A DNA stretch of 64,000 nt from Octopus sinensis (GCF_006345805.1 NC_043014.1:9920001-9984000); one strand, 5' to 3'. Shown: positions 1-11,623, numbered from the stretch's first letter. Notes: a model not told the origin generated them from the sequence alone. Program-made: numbers and translations.

Positions 1-95
1 TCGCTCAATAAACACTTACAACGCCCGGTTTGCGAATCGAAACCGCGATCCTATGACCGCGAGTCCGCTGCCCTAACCACTGGGCCATTGCGCCT

Positions 96-99
<4 letters not shown>
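1..99 (-). mobile_element. tRNA-derived SINE family C, 5' head (truncated by window edge)
   Basis: Reverse complement of the head seen at 5537 and 63350 (GTGGAGGCGCAATGGCCCAGTGGTTAGGGCAGCGGACTCGCGG...), with A/B-box-like motifs. Confidence 0.85.
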
Positions 100-143
<44 letters not shown>

Positions 144-146
144 ATG

Positions 147-190
<44 letters not shown>

Positions 191-203
191 AATAAATAAA
201 TAA
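99..203. repeat. (TAC)n-(TAA)n microsatellite
   Basis: Direct inspection. Confidence 0.95.
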
Positions 204-666
204 ACCGGATATTATTATAAAAGATCAGATAAAAAAGGTGTGTTTATTAATTGCCATGAGTATTCCCTGTGATCACAATATAGCGGCGAAACAATTTGAC
301 AAGATTAGTAAATATAAAGACCTGTTAATGGAAATTGAAAAAATGTGGCATCTCAAGGTGACAACAGTACCAGTGATTATAGGAGCTCTAGGAATGATAA
401 AAAAAAGGTACTGAAACCTATTTGAAAATGATACCAGGCTTGCCATCCCTACAGGAAGTGCAAAAAGTCGTGTCAACTGGAACGACTCATGTACTGAGAA
501 GAGCATTATCGCTGTGAAAACAACATCCATTCATGAATATATTTATTAAGTTTTAAATACATATTTTATCTGTGAATTTGTGTGTGTAATCTGGGAATGC
601 ATGTAATGAACTAGGTGTACGGAAAACACTCGGCGAGAAACGGAAGAAAATTTGAAGAAAGAAGGA

Positions 667-707
<41 letters not shown>
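204..707 (+). mobile_element. 5'-truncated R4/Dong-like non-LTR retrotransposon: restriction-like endonuclease C-terminus, 3'UTR and (AAT)n tail
   Basis: Translates PDIIIKDQIKKVCLLIAMSIPCDHNIAAKQFDKISKYKDLLMEIEKMWHLKVTTVPVIIGALG (PD..D..K..KY RLE motif); 1-nt frameshift in an A-run; stop near 515-517; tail 668-707. Confidence 0.85.
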
Positions 708-1263
708 GGCAGTGGCTCTCATGGCTTCTGGTCTTAACTGATTGGAAGTGTTATCATGTACATTGTTTTGTCTTGGTATAAAAGATGGGCTACAGCAAAT
801 ATTCTGCTCAATACCACAGATTTGCTTGTCAGTTGTTTGACCTTAACCAGTTGAGCATGTCCCTTAGTGGCTGACGATTTGTGCATCTCTGATCACGAGC
901 AGAAGTAGTGGGGGAGCATCATAGCCATGTGTTGAGAAGGATTCTTTGGGGTTTGAATAATTCACCTCTGGAAACATGGGTGTTTCGTTCAACGTCCTTA
1001 AACAACTCTTATTCAGGGACCTTTTGAGCGGGATGGGTTACTCGATCTGAAGAAAATTCTAACTGGGCCCCACCTGCAAGGTCATGTGCTGTTTATCTTG
1101 ATATGAGATCACCATGTCGCGCACATATAGTTGTGATGCATGTGCCTGGTGTACCCTTATCAGACGGGTAGTCATGATGGGTATACTGGTCTTCGTATAT
1201 TTTACCCCAGTGTCACTTTGATGGCATGCTCTGCTCGCTCACTCAATAATAGTAATAATAATA
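708..1263 (+). mobile_element. Interspersed repeat, probable LINE 3'UTR ending in an (AAT)n tail
   Basis: Non-coding, starts in the previous AAT tail and ends in AAT repeats; resembles a recalled abundant octopus repeat. Confidence 0.55.
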
Positions 1264-2160
1264 AAAAATTACCATCTCGCAATACAAGGCTTATCTTTCG
1301 GTTATGGGTTCATCGAATACACATCGAGCCCGTGGCGATGCCTCCACATGGTCATACAGTTCGGTTAGAAATAAAAGCCCAGTACCATTCAACATCACCA
1401 GTCCCATTTGAGAGCGAAAGAATTTATAATAATGGAGGCCTAGACACAGAAAACCTGAGTAAATGCGGAATGATCGTAGCTGCAACACCTTTTCAATTGT
1501 TTATGGTCACATACATATATGACTGTTTTATGTGTGTTCACACTTTCTATATTTTATCACAAAATGACATCGCAACAAGAAATTGTTATGTAAGGAGCAA
1601 AGTAGAGAAATATAGTCTGGTCATTCCACCTCATAAAACAAGAAGACAATATCATTGAAACCTCTCACAACCTCCTTAAGAGAACAAAGCAATGTTTTTT
1701 TTGCTTTCATAAGCATTCTACGATAATATCTCTCCAAAATTTTCTCTTGTTTTGATTACAGTATAGTATTTTAGTTTTTTATTCTTTTACTTATTTCAGG
1801 CATTTGACTGTGGCCATGCTGGGGCACTGCCTTTAGTCGAGCAAATCGACCCCAGGGACTTATTCTTTGGATGCCTAGTACTTATTCTATCGGATTCCCT
1901 TTTTGTCGAACCGCTAAGTTACGGGGGAGTAAACACACCGGCATCGGTTGTCAAGCGACGTTGGGGGGGGGGGACAAACACAGAAACACAAACACACACA
2001 CATACATACATACATACATACATACATCACCGTGACCGACCAGGCTATCAGATGTTGCTACAAATCGCTGGTCACAATGCGCTTCGCATTGTTTTAGCCT
2101 TCAAATGACGCCACCCCGCTGGCTAAGCGAGCAGGCCAATATATATATATATATATATAT

Positions 2161-2695
2161 ATATCAAAGTGAGTTATATACAGTAGCGGTAACACATCGT
2201 GACGTATTTTTGCCATTTCAATATGGCTAACCCCTAAGGGTGGATGCTACTGTAGTTTTTAGCCCCAGGAGGACACACTCCTCCAGCTGGCCATAGACAC
2301 ACTATCTGTGTCCTGTCAGTATTTGCAAGGGAAGTCATCCTTCCCGTCTTCAACTTATGATACACACGGACTCGAGTTTCGAGGTATTGACCTCTCGTCA
2401 GCGTGTGACAATCATAGTTGTCGCCGAGAATTAGATTTCCTTCACAAATACTTATACTTTTTCCAGCGCCCACTGTCGCTGATATTGAAAAAGTGAAATC
2501 AAACAATGATAAATATCAAAGTGAGTTATATACAGTAGCGGTAACACATCGTGACGTATTTTTGCCATTTCAAGTTATATACAGTAGCGGTAACACATCG
2601 TGACGTATTTTTGCCATTTCAAACTCACTTTGATATTTATCATTGTTTGATTTCACTTTTACAGTAGCATCCACCCTTAGGGGTTAGCCATATTG

Positions 2696-2698
<3 letters not shown>
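2161..2698 (-). mobile_element. Penelope-like terminal-repeat fragment with direct and inverted duplications
   Basis: A unit containing ATATCAAAGTGAGTTATATACAGTAGCGG...GCCATTTCA recurs at 2161, 2513 and 2574; 2622-2698 is an inverted copy of flanking parts; contains a hammerhead. Confidence 0.6.
2357..2415 (-). ncRNA. Type I hammerhead ribozyme, apparently intact
   Basis: Minus strand: stem I CACACG/CGUGUG; core CUGACGA; stem II GAGGU-CAAU-ACCUC; GAAA; palindromic stem III ACUCGAGU; cleavage triplet GUC. Confidence 0.88.
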
Positions 2699-2741
<43 letters not shown>

Positions 2742-3276
2742 GACAGGCTTCTTTCAGTTTCCGTCTACCAAATCCACTCACAAGGCTTTGGTCGGCCCGA
2801 GGCTATAGTAGAAGACACCCAAGATGCCACGCCATATGACTAAACACGGAACTATGTGGTTGGTAAGCTAGTTACTTACCACACAGCCATTCCTACGCCT
2901 ATAGTAGTTTATGATTTATTAAAACATATAAGAATTTATTTGATATTCTATACACTACTGTATAGGATATCACACTGCTGAATATCAGCCTTTTGTTTGC
3001 TATCCTTTAGGTTCTACTTGCTTCAGTCACTCAACTACAGCCATACTAGCGCACGGCTTTGATTGTTTTAATCGAACAAATCGACACTAGTACTTATTTT
3101 TTAAACTCTATTACATATTCTATCGATCGCGTCTACGCAACCGCTAAGTTATGGGAGATAAATAAACCGACATCAGTTTTCAAGCGGTGGGACGGCAAAC
3201 AAAGATGAAACACGCCCACTAACACATTATATGTGTATATGTATATATATGCATACATACACACAGGTGTATATAT

Positions 3277-3665
3277 ATTTCTTTACTACCCACAAGGGGA
3301 TAAACATAGAGGGGACAAACAAGGACAAACAAATTACATCGACCACAGTGCGAAACTGGTACTTTATTTATCGACCCCGAAAGGATGAAAGGTAAAGTCG
3401 ACCTCGGCGGAATTTGAACTCAGGACGTAACGGCAGACGAAATACCAGTTTCTTTACTACCCACAAGGGGCTAAACACAGAAGTGACAAACAAGGACAGA
3501 CAAAGTGTTTAAGTCGATTACCTCGACCCCAGTGCGAAACTGGTACTTTATTTATCGACCCCGAAAGGATGAAAGGCAAAGTCGACCTCGGCGGAATTTG
3601 AACTCAGAACGTAACGACAGACGAAATACTGCTAAGCATTTCGCCCGTTTCTGCCAGTTCGTCGC
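3277..3665 (-). mobile_element. SINE family B, head-to-tail dimer
   Basis: Two roughly 170-190 bp units with the CCCCGAAAGGATGAAAGGCAAAGTCGACCTCGGCGGAATTTGAACTCAG core. Confidence 0.85.
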
Positions 3666-4139
3666 CTATCTGTATATATACGACAGACCTCCACATATTC
3701 TGACAAATTTACCCAATGTTTGACCACAGGTTATTGTAGAGCTGCCGTGTAGTGAAACTGAACTCGAAACAAAATGGTTGCAATGTGATATTCGGAACGA
3801 CACAGCCATACTTCTATAGAGAATTTGCGTTGCTGGTTACTGTCTTCAATTGTTGTGAACTGAAAGTCACCACGAATTCCAATAACTGAACACAAGGGAG
3901 CAACCAAATGCAAGAATATTGGACAATCAGTGAAGTGTGGCCAGGTACGCGAAACGTTTCTAGCCAGTCGCGTCAAAATTGTAATTACATTAAAGATGCC
4001 GTGAGTTCGTTTATCCCTAACGAGCATACAAATGTCTTAGTTATAGTTCAATGCTTATAGATACTGCTACATCTCGGGAGGGAAATTATGCCAATAGTAA
4101 CACACACACACTCTACTTCTGTTTTCACCTATCTGTTAT

Positions 4140-4500
4140 TCATTAATTGGTTTACTATTTTAAGTAATTATCTAATCGATCGTATGATTAATCATTCGGT
4201 TAATGAACCAGTCCGTTCTGTTTGTCAAAGTCCTTTCGTCGCTATTCGCAACCTCTTAAATGATATGACCTCTCCCTATTCCAGGTTAGCTTTTGGTCTG
4301 ATAGATCAATCAGACAATCCATTAGTTAATTGGGTGAATATTTAATCAATTGATAAATGACATACGAGTCAAATAGGACCAACGCGTGTGTTTATTATTA
4401 GCATAATGGTCCTCCCGAGATTCAACAATATCTGTTTCAGCACACGAGCTCACATGAAAAGTCTTGTAAACCAGAGACAGAAACGGAATGACAAATAGAT
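4140..4500. mobile_element. Old Penelope-like repeat, related to 14965-15310 but internally inverted
   Basis: About 4140-4330 is the reverse complement of about 15000-15170; about 4390-4500 matches about 15195-15300 directly; decayed hammerhead-like core at about 4428-4460. Confidence 0.45.
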
Positions 4501-4515
4501 TATCGTTTTTCTCTT

Positions 4516-4903
4516 TCAATATATAAAGCTGAAGTTGTCTGTGTATGACAGGTTTGGTAGCCTTAAATTGACACTATCTCCTCCGAGACCCTGCGGTGCA
4601 AGTTGACCAAAATTGAGAGTATGATAGAAAAAGGCTTGCTCTTCCTTCAGTAGAAGAAAAAATTCAAATCGGACCATATCAAGACCAAAAATTATTTACA
4701 TGAAAAGGGTGCTTTTTTTCTATGAAAATCCTAATTTTTTTACGATTTTTTTACTGTTGTGTCGCCATTTTCGGTGTATTTCAACCAGGAAAATGTTCGC
4801 TTGAAGAGAATAACAAGCAGCTTTATGCAAAATTTTTACTTTTCAAAAATTCCAATTCTAAAGGGTCGAAACAAACCCGAGCAACGCCAGGCGATACTGC
4901 TAG
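4516..4903 (+). mobile_element. Non-autonomous Helitron, copy 1
   Basis: TC-like 5' end, subterminal hairpin (CCCGAGCAACGCCAGG) and 3' CTAG at 4900-4903. Confidence 0.75.
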
Positions 4904-5294
4904 TCTATATATATAAAGCTGAAGTTGTCTGTGTATGGCAAGTTTGGTAGCCTTAAATTGACACTATCTCCTCCGAGACCCTGCGGTGCAAGTTGACCAA
5001 AATTGAGAGTATGATAGAAAAAGGCTTGCTCTTCCTTCAGTAGAAGAAAAAATTCAAATCGGACCATGTCAAGACCAAAAATTATTTACACCAAAAGGGT
5101 GCTTTTTTTTCTATGAAAATCCTAATTTTTTTAACGATTTTTTGACTGTTGTGTCGCCATTTTTGGTGTATTTTAACCAGGAAAATGTTCGCTTAAAGAG
5201 AATAACAAGCAGCTTTATGCAAAAGTTTTGCTTTTCAAAAATTTCAATTCTAAATGTCGAAATAAACCCGAGCAACGCGGGGCGATACTGCTAG
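4904..5294 (+). mobile_element. Non-autonomous Helitron, copy 2 (tandem)
   Basis: Starts with TC directly after the CTAG of copy 1 and ends CTAG followed by T; highly similar to copy 1. Confidence 0.8.
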
Positions 5295-5536
5295 TTAAAT
5301 AATATTCCTGCGTCAAAATCACGCTGCTGATACACGTGTTATAGCAATAGTCTCTACGCTTTAATTCGCATAGACGTGTATATATGAACATTCCTCTTTG
5401 CTCTCAGAAGACACCCGGCCTGGCTGTCAATAGGCGAGGCTGACTGCAATGGCCAATCAGTGTAAATAGTAACAGCAATGCGAAAGTTGACTGCTGGTGA
5501 CAGACAATAAGCTATGTTTTAATATTAGGTAGTTAT

Positions 5537-5920
5537 GGTGGAGGCTCAATGGCCCAGTGGTTAGGGCAGCGGACTCGCGGTCGTAGGATCGCGGTTTCGA
5601 TTCCCAGACCGGGCGTTGTGAGTGTTTATTGAGCGAAAACACCTAAAGCTCCACAATGCTCCGGCAGGGATGGTGGTGGTCCCTGCTGTACTCTTTCACC
5701 ACAACTTTCTCTCACTCTTACTTCCTGTTTCTGTTGTACCTGTATTTCAAAGAGCCGGCCTTGTCACTCTCTGTGTCACGCTGAATATCCCCGAGAACTA
5801 CGTCTATCCCCGGGTACACGTGTCTGTGGAGTGCTCAGCCACTTACTCGTTAATTTTACGAGCAGGCTGTTCCGTTGATTCGGATCAACCGGAACCCTCG
5901 TCGTCGTAACCGACGTAGTG
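5537..5920 (+). mobile_element. SINE head C with tail 1
   Basis: tRNA-like head; ends ...CCCTCGTCGTCGTAACCGACG; matches 63350-63731. Confidence 0.88.
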
Positions 5921-5944
5921 CTTTCATCAGGTAGTTAGATAAAT

Positions 5945-5998
5945 TCAATGGTTTGCTTCCATAGATCTATATCTATGTTTATAGATCTATATCTATGT

Positions 5999-6035
<37 letters not shown>

Positions 6036-6076
6036 CCTCCACATATCTACCTATCTATCCATCTATCTATCTATCT
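5945..6076. repeat. (TATC)n microsatellite
   Basis: Direct inspection. Confidence 0.9.
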
Positions 6077-6096
6077 AAAATTATAATTCATGGTAT

Positions 6097-6231
6097 CTAA
6101 GAGATACCTCCACGCTGGAAATAGCAGTCAAAACTTGACTCTAAAACCACATTAAATGTTCATAAGGAACATTTAATGTGGTTTTAGAGTCAAGTTTTGG
6201 CTGCTATTTCCAGCGTGGAGATATCTCTTAG
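6097..6231. repeat. Near-perfect foldback inverted repeat (arms about 65 bp, 5-nt loop); MITE-like or hairpin-RNA-like
   Basis: CTAAGAGATACCTCCACGCTGGAAATAGCAG...GTTC, loop ATAAG, GAAC...CTGCTATTTCCAGCGTGGAGATATCTCTTAG. Confidence 0.9.
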
Positions 6232-7154
6232 CTACCCTAACTTATAATTTTAATAATAATTATTAACTTTGAATGTTTTTAGTCCCATGCTGGCCGCCTG
6301 ATAAAATCGATAATTGAATTAACGATCTTATCCTTATTTATATAAATATCTATGTATGTACGTATGTATGTATGTATGTATGTATGTATGTATGTACGTA
6401 TGTATGTATGTACGTATGTATGTATGTATGTACGTATGCATGTATGTATGTATGTATGTATCTGTCTAACTCTCCAGAAGTTTGAAGGAGACACGCTTCG
6501 TTTGACCCTGAGAAACTTGAAGCAGCACGGAAACCGAATCAAAGTGGTTTAAATAATGTATGTGTGTGTGTGTGTGTGTGTGTTATTTCACTCTTTTCCA
6601 GCGTTATCTGAATCAATGTCTTTTTCCGTTTGAATCCTATTCATCCTCTAGAAATTTTGTTTATTTTGGGGGGGAAATTCAGAAAAATTTTATCTCTTTT
6701 CCGATATATGACTACAAATTACAAAATTACAAAAAAAAAAAAGACACCAATTTATTTGATAAATCAACCAATGCAGGGAGCTACGACGAAAATCTATTAT
6801 AGAACTGTAGCATAAAAGTTTACCAATATTATCACAGGCACAGATATTGACACTATATTTTAGTACATAAATAGTAATGTAGAATTGGATAGTAGACTTA
6901 ATCCATTGTCCATTTTAAGGATAAGTTCCTGACTCTGAGTGCCTTTAAGTAGGTTATTAATTTTATTGCAATTTTGTGGACCAGATAAAACATACCATCC
7001 TTCAGATCAGTTACAAAAGCCCTGCAAACCTTTTATACCAGCTGCCATTACAATATCGAAAAGGACGCGAAAGAATACTATCCTCTAATATATACAAGTA
7101 AATTCATTTTGAAAGTTATTCAACACACACATGTATGTATGTATGTATGTATGT

Positions 7155-7685
7155 AACATGGGAAGGCATAGCTATTGATCGTAGCAGGTGGAGAAGGATT
7201 GTGCATGAGGAGACAGCCACTTTTGAGAAATCTCGAGTTGCACATGAGAAAGTAAGGAGGGATGTCAGGAAGGGCATCGCTGTTACACTTCCAGAAGGGA
7301 AGGGTCTTCCTTTGATGCTGACATGCAATGTCTGTGCAAGACCCTGCCTCAGTAAAGCTGGACTCATGAGTCATCTTCGCAGTCATAAAACGAGTCAGAT
7401 GAGTGACAACCTGGCCACTGGTGGTGGTGTAACACACCATACTAACCATATCTGTCGGGCATGTGAAAGAGAGTGTAATTCGGCAGGAGGACTTAAACGA
7501 CATGCAAACGTACATGAAGCCCAGTTACAACTACAGCCGGCTATTACCAGTAAAGGTTTTAGTTGCCAATTTTGTACAAGACATTGTAGATCTTTAGCTG
7601 GGCTAAAAAGTCACATTTGATCACAGCACCAGTAACAGTTAAGCTTCGTGCAATGGCCATACTCGATAACGAGGGGGCAGCCGCA
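7155..7685 (+). mobile_element. RTE-clade LINE 3' fragment with three C2H2 zinc fingers
   Basis: WEGIAIDRSRWRRIVHEETATFE is a typical RTE ORF C-terminus; CNVC..HLRSH, CRAC..HANVH, CQFC..HI*SQH; flanked by (TATG)n on both sides. Confidence 0.8.
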
Positions 7686-7744
7686 ATGTATGTATGTATG
7701 CATGTATGTATGTATGCATATATGTATGTATGTATGTATGTATG

Positions 7745-7856
7745 TCATCATTCAGTTTATTTCAAGAATTCTTGCCAATAGAGAAAGATCCAGTTTCAAA
7801 CCTGGATCCAAAGCTCCTTCATTGGAATTTCAACATCAACAACAGGGTTTATTCTG

Positions 7857-7887
<31 letters not shown>

Positions 7888-8150
7888 GATTTGTATGTTT
7901 TGTTTTATGTATATATTATCATGCATATAGTTGCATATCTAGACATGCTCATGTATATATTTAAATGATAAACTTCTGGAATGTTTTACGGACTTTTACA
8001 GTTTCTGTGATGGATTGGATCTGTAATCTCCGAATAAGATTTCTCTTTCTGGTTTTGAGAAGCCTAAATTCTCAAGACTAATCTTTAGGCAGTGTGTTAC
8101 ATATCCCAAGCCCCCAATAATCACAGTTATTAACCTGAACTTGTAATCTA
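7745..8150 (-). mobile_element. 3' end of a second RLE-type non-LTR retrotransposon family, with (TACA)n tail
   Basis: Minus strand reads VIIGGLGYVTHCLKISLENLGFSKPE...; second copy at 17365-17720. Confidence 0.6.
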
Positions 8151-8221
8151 GATAGAGTAAATGCAGATTTCTCAAAAGTATATATGTATGGATGGATGAT
8201 GGATGGATGCATACATTATAT

Positions 8222-8439
8222 CAGTGCTTTTCAAAGTTTTTGCTGGGGTGGAACCCCAAGGAAACATTCCACTGGCTCGAGGAACCCCTATGCAATAATT
8301 TAATTGTCTTATGCACACATATCTGCTCAGGAGAATTAAAAATTACTGTCGATTTTAGCAGTTTTGTAATCCTTGCGGAATCCCTGGACTGTACTGGCGG
8401 AACCTTAAGGTTCCGCGGAAACCTGGTTGAAAACTACTG
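8222..8439. mobile_element. hAT-type MITE
   Basis: TIRs CAGTGCTTTTCAA / TTGAAAACTACTG; perfect 8-bp TSD CATTATAT at 8214-8221 and 8440-8447. Confidence 0.85.
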
Positions 8440-8469
8440 CATTATATATATACTTCGTCGACTGTTGAA

Positions 8470-8720
8470 CTAAAGAATAAGTTGTAGGAGATAGAGGAGC
8501 GGACCGAAAGTTAGTGACGATAGTAGGATGGTGAATTCTGCAATATACTGAACTCGGCGACGGACCCTGAATCATTGCATCCGCATCTTTGGAAGTTAGG
8601 TTGACGAGAAGCAGGCTTTCGAGCGATGATAATATGGAGTGCACAGAAAGGGTGTATGCTTACAGTACGAGTCTGTAGTGGGGAGCGATGATTGTTGATT
8701 GCCGCTGGACCTATTCATTC
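8470..8720 (+). mobile_element. Possible decayed Tx1/L1 endonuclease-region fragment
   Basis: A DRKLV stretch resembling the SDHKLV motif, followed by a broken reading frame. Confidence 0.3.
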
Positions 8721-8734
8721 ATTCATACGAGAGG

Positions 8735-8940
8735 GTACTGAAGAGTTCCTAGTTTTAAGGTTATCGCGGAATGCCTAGTTAGAAACTCAACCTTTCGAAT
8801 TCTTATGCAGGGCTTACAAAATCTGAAGGAGCGTGGCAATGAATGTGTAAATCTTAGAGGAGAATATATTGAATAAAATCGCCCTCCTGTATTTTCTTTG
8901 ACCCAAAGTGCTGGAACTTTAGAGCACACCTTCGTATATT
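8735..8940 (+). pseudogene. Mariner transposase C-terminal remnant
   Basis: MQGLQNLKERGNECVNLRGEYIE* matches the mariner C-terminal pattern (GIQKLPERWxKCVxxxGxYIE). Confidence 0.65.
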
Positions 8941-8959
8941 TGCGTATGGATGTCAGAAA

Positions 8960-9135
8960 CGTTAACACGCCGTATTAGCTGTATTTCGTTTGTCTCTACG
9001 TTCTGAGTTCAAATTCCACCGAGGTCGACTTTGCCTGTCATCATTTCGGGGTCGATAAGTTAAGTACCAGTTGCATACTGGGGTCGATCAAATCGACTGG
9101 TCCCTCCCCAAAACTTTCGGGCCTTGTGCCTAAAA
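8960..9135 (+). mobile_element. SINE family B, alternative-tail variant
   Basis: B core followed by ...CTCCCCAAAACTTTCGGGCCTTGTGCCT. Confidence 0.75.
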
Positions 9136-9148
9136 TAAATAAATTAAT

Positions 9149-9164
<16 letters not shown>

Positions 9165-9181
<17 letters not shown>

Positions 9182-9244
9182 TATATATAGATATATATAT
9201 ATATACATATATATATATACATATATATACATATAATATATACA

Positions 9245-9278
<34 letters not shown>

Positions 9279-9307
9279 CATATACATATATATATATATA
9301 TACATAC

Positions 9308-9362
<55 letters not shown>

Positions 9363-9438
9363 TATACTAATATATATATAGTATATACATAATATATATA
9401 TATATATATATACAACATATATATATAATATATACTAC

Positions 9439-9480
<42 letters not shown>

Positions 9481-9749
9481 CTATATATATATATATACAT
9501 ATATACAATATATATATATATACAATATATATATATATAACATAATATAGATATAATATATATACATATATATATATATAGATATATACATATATATATA
9601 TATATATAGATACATAATATATATATATATAGTATATTATATATACATATATATATATATTATATACATATATATATATATAATATATATACATATATAT
9701 ATATCATATATAATATATATACATATAATATATATATATATACATATAC

Positions 9750-9780
<31 letters not shown>

Positions 9781-9803
9781 ATATACATATATATATATAT
9801 AAC

Positions 9804-9856
<53 letters not shown>

Positions 9857-9903
9857 CATAATATATATATATATATACATATTATATATATATAACATAT
9901 ATA

Positions 9904-9948
<45 letters not shown>

Positions 9949-10111
9949 ATATATAATATTATAATATATATATACTACATATATAGATATACTATATATA
10001 AATATATATATATATTCTATACATATATATATATATATATATAATATATATATATATATATAATATATATATATATTATATATAATATATATATATATAT
10101 ATATACATAAT

Positions 10112-10148
<37 letters not shown>

Positions 10149-10165
10149 TAATATATATATAATAT

Positions 10166-10216
<51 letters not shown>

Positions 10217-10371
10217 CATATATAATATATATATAATATATATACCATATATATATATATATATATTACATATTATATACATTATATATATATTATATAT
10301 ACTATACATATATATATATAATACATATACATATATATATATAATACATATATAATATATATACATAACAT

Positions 10372-10405
<34 letters not shown>

Positions 10406-10533
10406 ATACTATACATATATATTATACATATACATATATATATATATAATACTATATATATATAATATATATATATATACATATAATATATATATATATA
10501 TATAATATATATTATACATATATATATATATAT

Positions 10534-10591
<58 letters not shown>

Positions 10592-10620
10592 ATATATATA
10601 ATATATATATATACACACAC
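9165..10620. repeat. About 1.45 kb degenerate (TA)n array
   Basis: Direct inspection; accounts for the MYIYIY ORFs. Confidence 0.97.
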
Positions 10621-11177
10621 ACTGTATCATGCTAAAATGCGTTAATCGATCGAGCTGGCTGAATGGTTACGGGCGCCGGGCAAAACGCTTAGCGTTAGTT
10701 ATTCCCCCGTTTATATTCCGAGTTCAAACATCGCCGAGGTCGACTTGAACTTTAATCGTTTTTGGTCGATAAGAAAATATCAGATGAAACCGACTTACTC
10801 TCAAAATTGCAGGCATGTAGGAAAATTAAAATTATATCACGTTCTTGATGAATCGATTTTACTCATTTCATTATGGGTTTTTAATTATCTAATTATGCGT
10901 TTGCAATGTTTGATTTTCAACGATGGGATTGGTGTAGAACTTATATTTTAGTGAATCCTATGTTTTTTTGTTATTATACTAAATATTTATAAACATTCGT
11001 TTTTGAAAATTCATGTCTCTGAAACGCATTCCATTTATGGTTATTGCAGTGACGTAATAATATATTTCAGTTGAATGGGGTGTTAAAATTTGATTTCATA
11101 AATTGATTGGATATAGTTTTATAATGTTAAAGCATTAATTCAATATATCAAAATGTAATATGATATTTTATATATAT

Positions 11178-11405
11178 GTTTCTTTACTACCCACAAGGGG
11201 CTAAACACAGAGGGGACAAACAAGGACAGACAACGGGATTAAGTCGATTACGTCGACCCCAGTGCGTTACTGGTACTTAATTTATCGACCCCGAAAGGAT
11301 GAAAGGCAAAGTCGACCTCGGCGGAATTTGAACTCAGAACGTAACGGCAGACGAAATAACGCTAAGTGTTTCGCCCGGCGTGCTAACGTTTCTGCCAGCT
11401 CGCCG
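11178..11405 (-). mobile_element. SINE family B, full length
   Basis: Head CCAGCTCGCC (on plus strand) through tail TTTCTTTACTACCCACAAGGGG. Confidence 0.88.
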
Positions 11406-11409
11406 CTTA

Positions 11410-11589
11410 TATCTTTTATATATAGATGCAGCCATCGCTCTGTGGCTGACAAACTGGTTTTGAGGTCACTTGGTTTCGGGTACAGTCCCGCTTACCCGCA
11501 ACTTATGGATGTCGCTCCTTCCATAGTGTCGGGTTGTCCAGTGACTTGTGAGTGGATTTGGTCGACAGAAACTCTGTGAGGAAACCCGT

Positions 11590-11623
<34 letters not shown>

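Larger units (their letters stand above)
1785..2903 (-). mobile_element. SINE family A, split in its central microsatellite by nested insertions
   Basis: 3' half about 1785-2025 and 5' half about 2740-2903 match the copies at 31880 and 59150. Confidence 0.85.

Noticed and set aside
5537-5610. SINE heads (families A, C, D) as genuine tRNA genes
   Set aside because: Acceptor stems are incomplete and each head continues into a repeated SINE body
8735-8800. CTGAAGA...GAAAC hammerhead-like motif
   Set aside because: No NUH triplet and no stem I; better explained as mariner coding remnant
9041-10620. Numerous MYIYIY, HTHT and VCVC ORFs here and elsewhere (16-17 kb, 29 kb, 43-45 kb, 52 kb, 61 kb)
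   Set aside because: Translations of dinucleotide and tetranucleotide microsatellites
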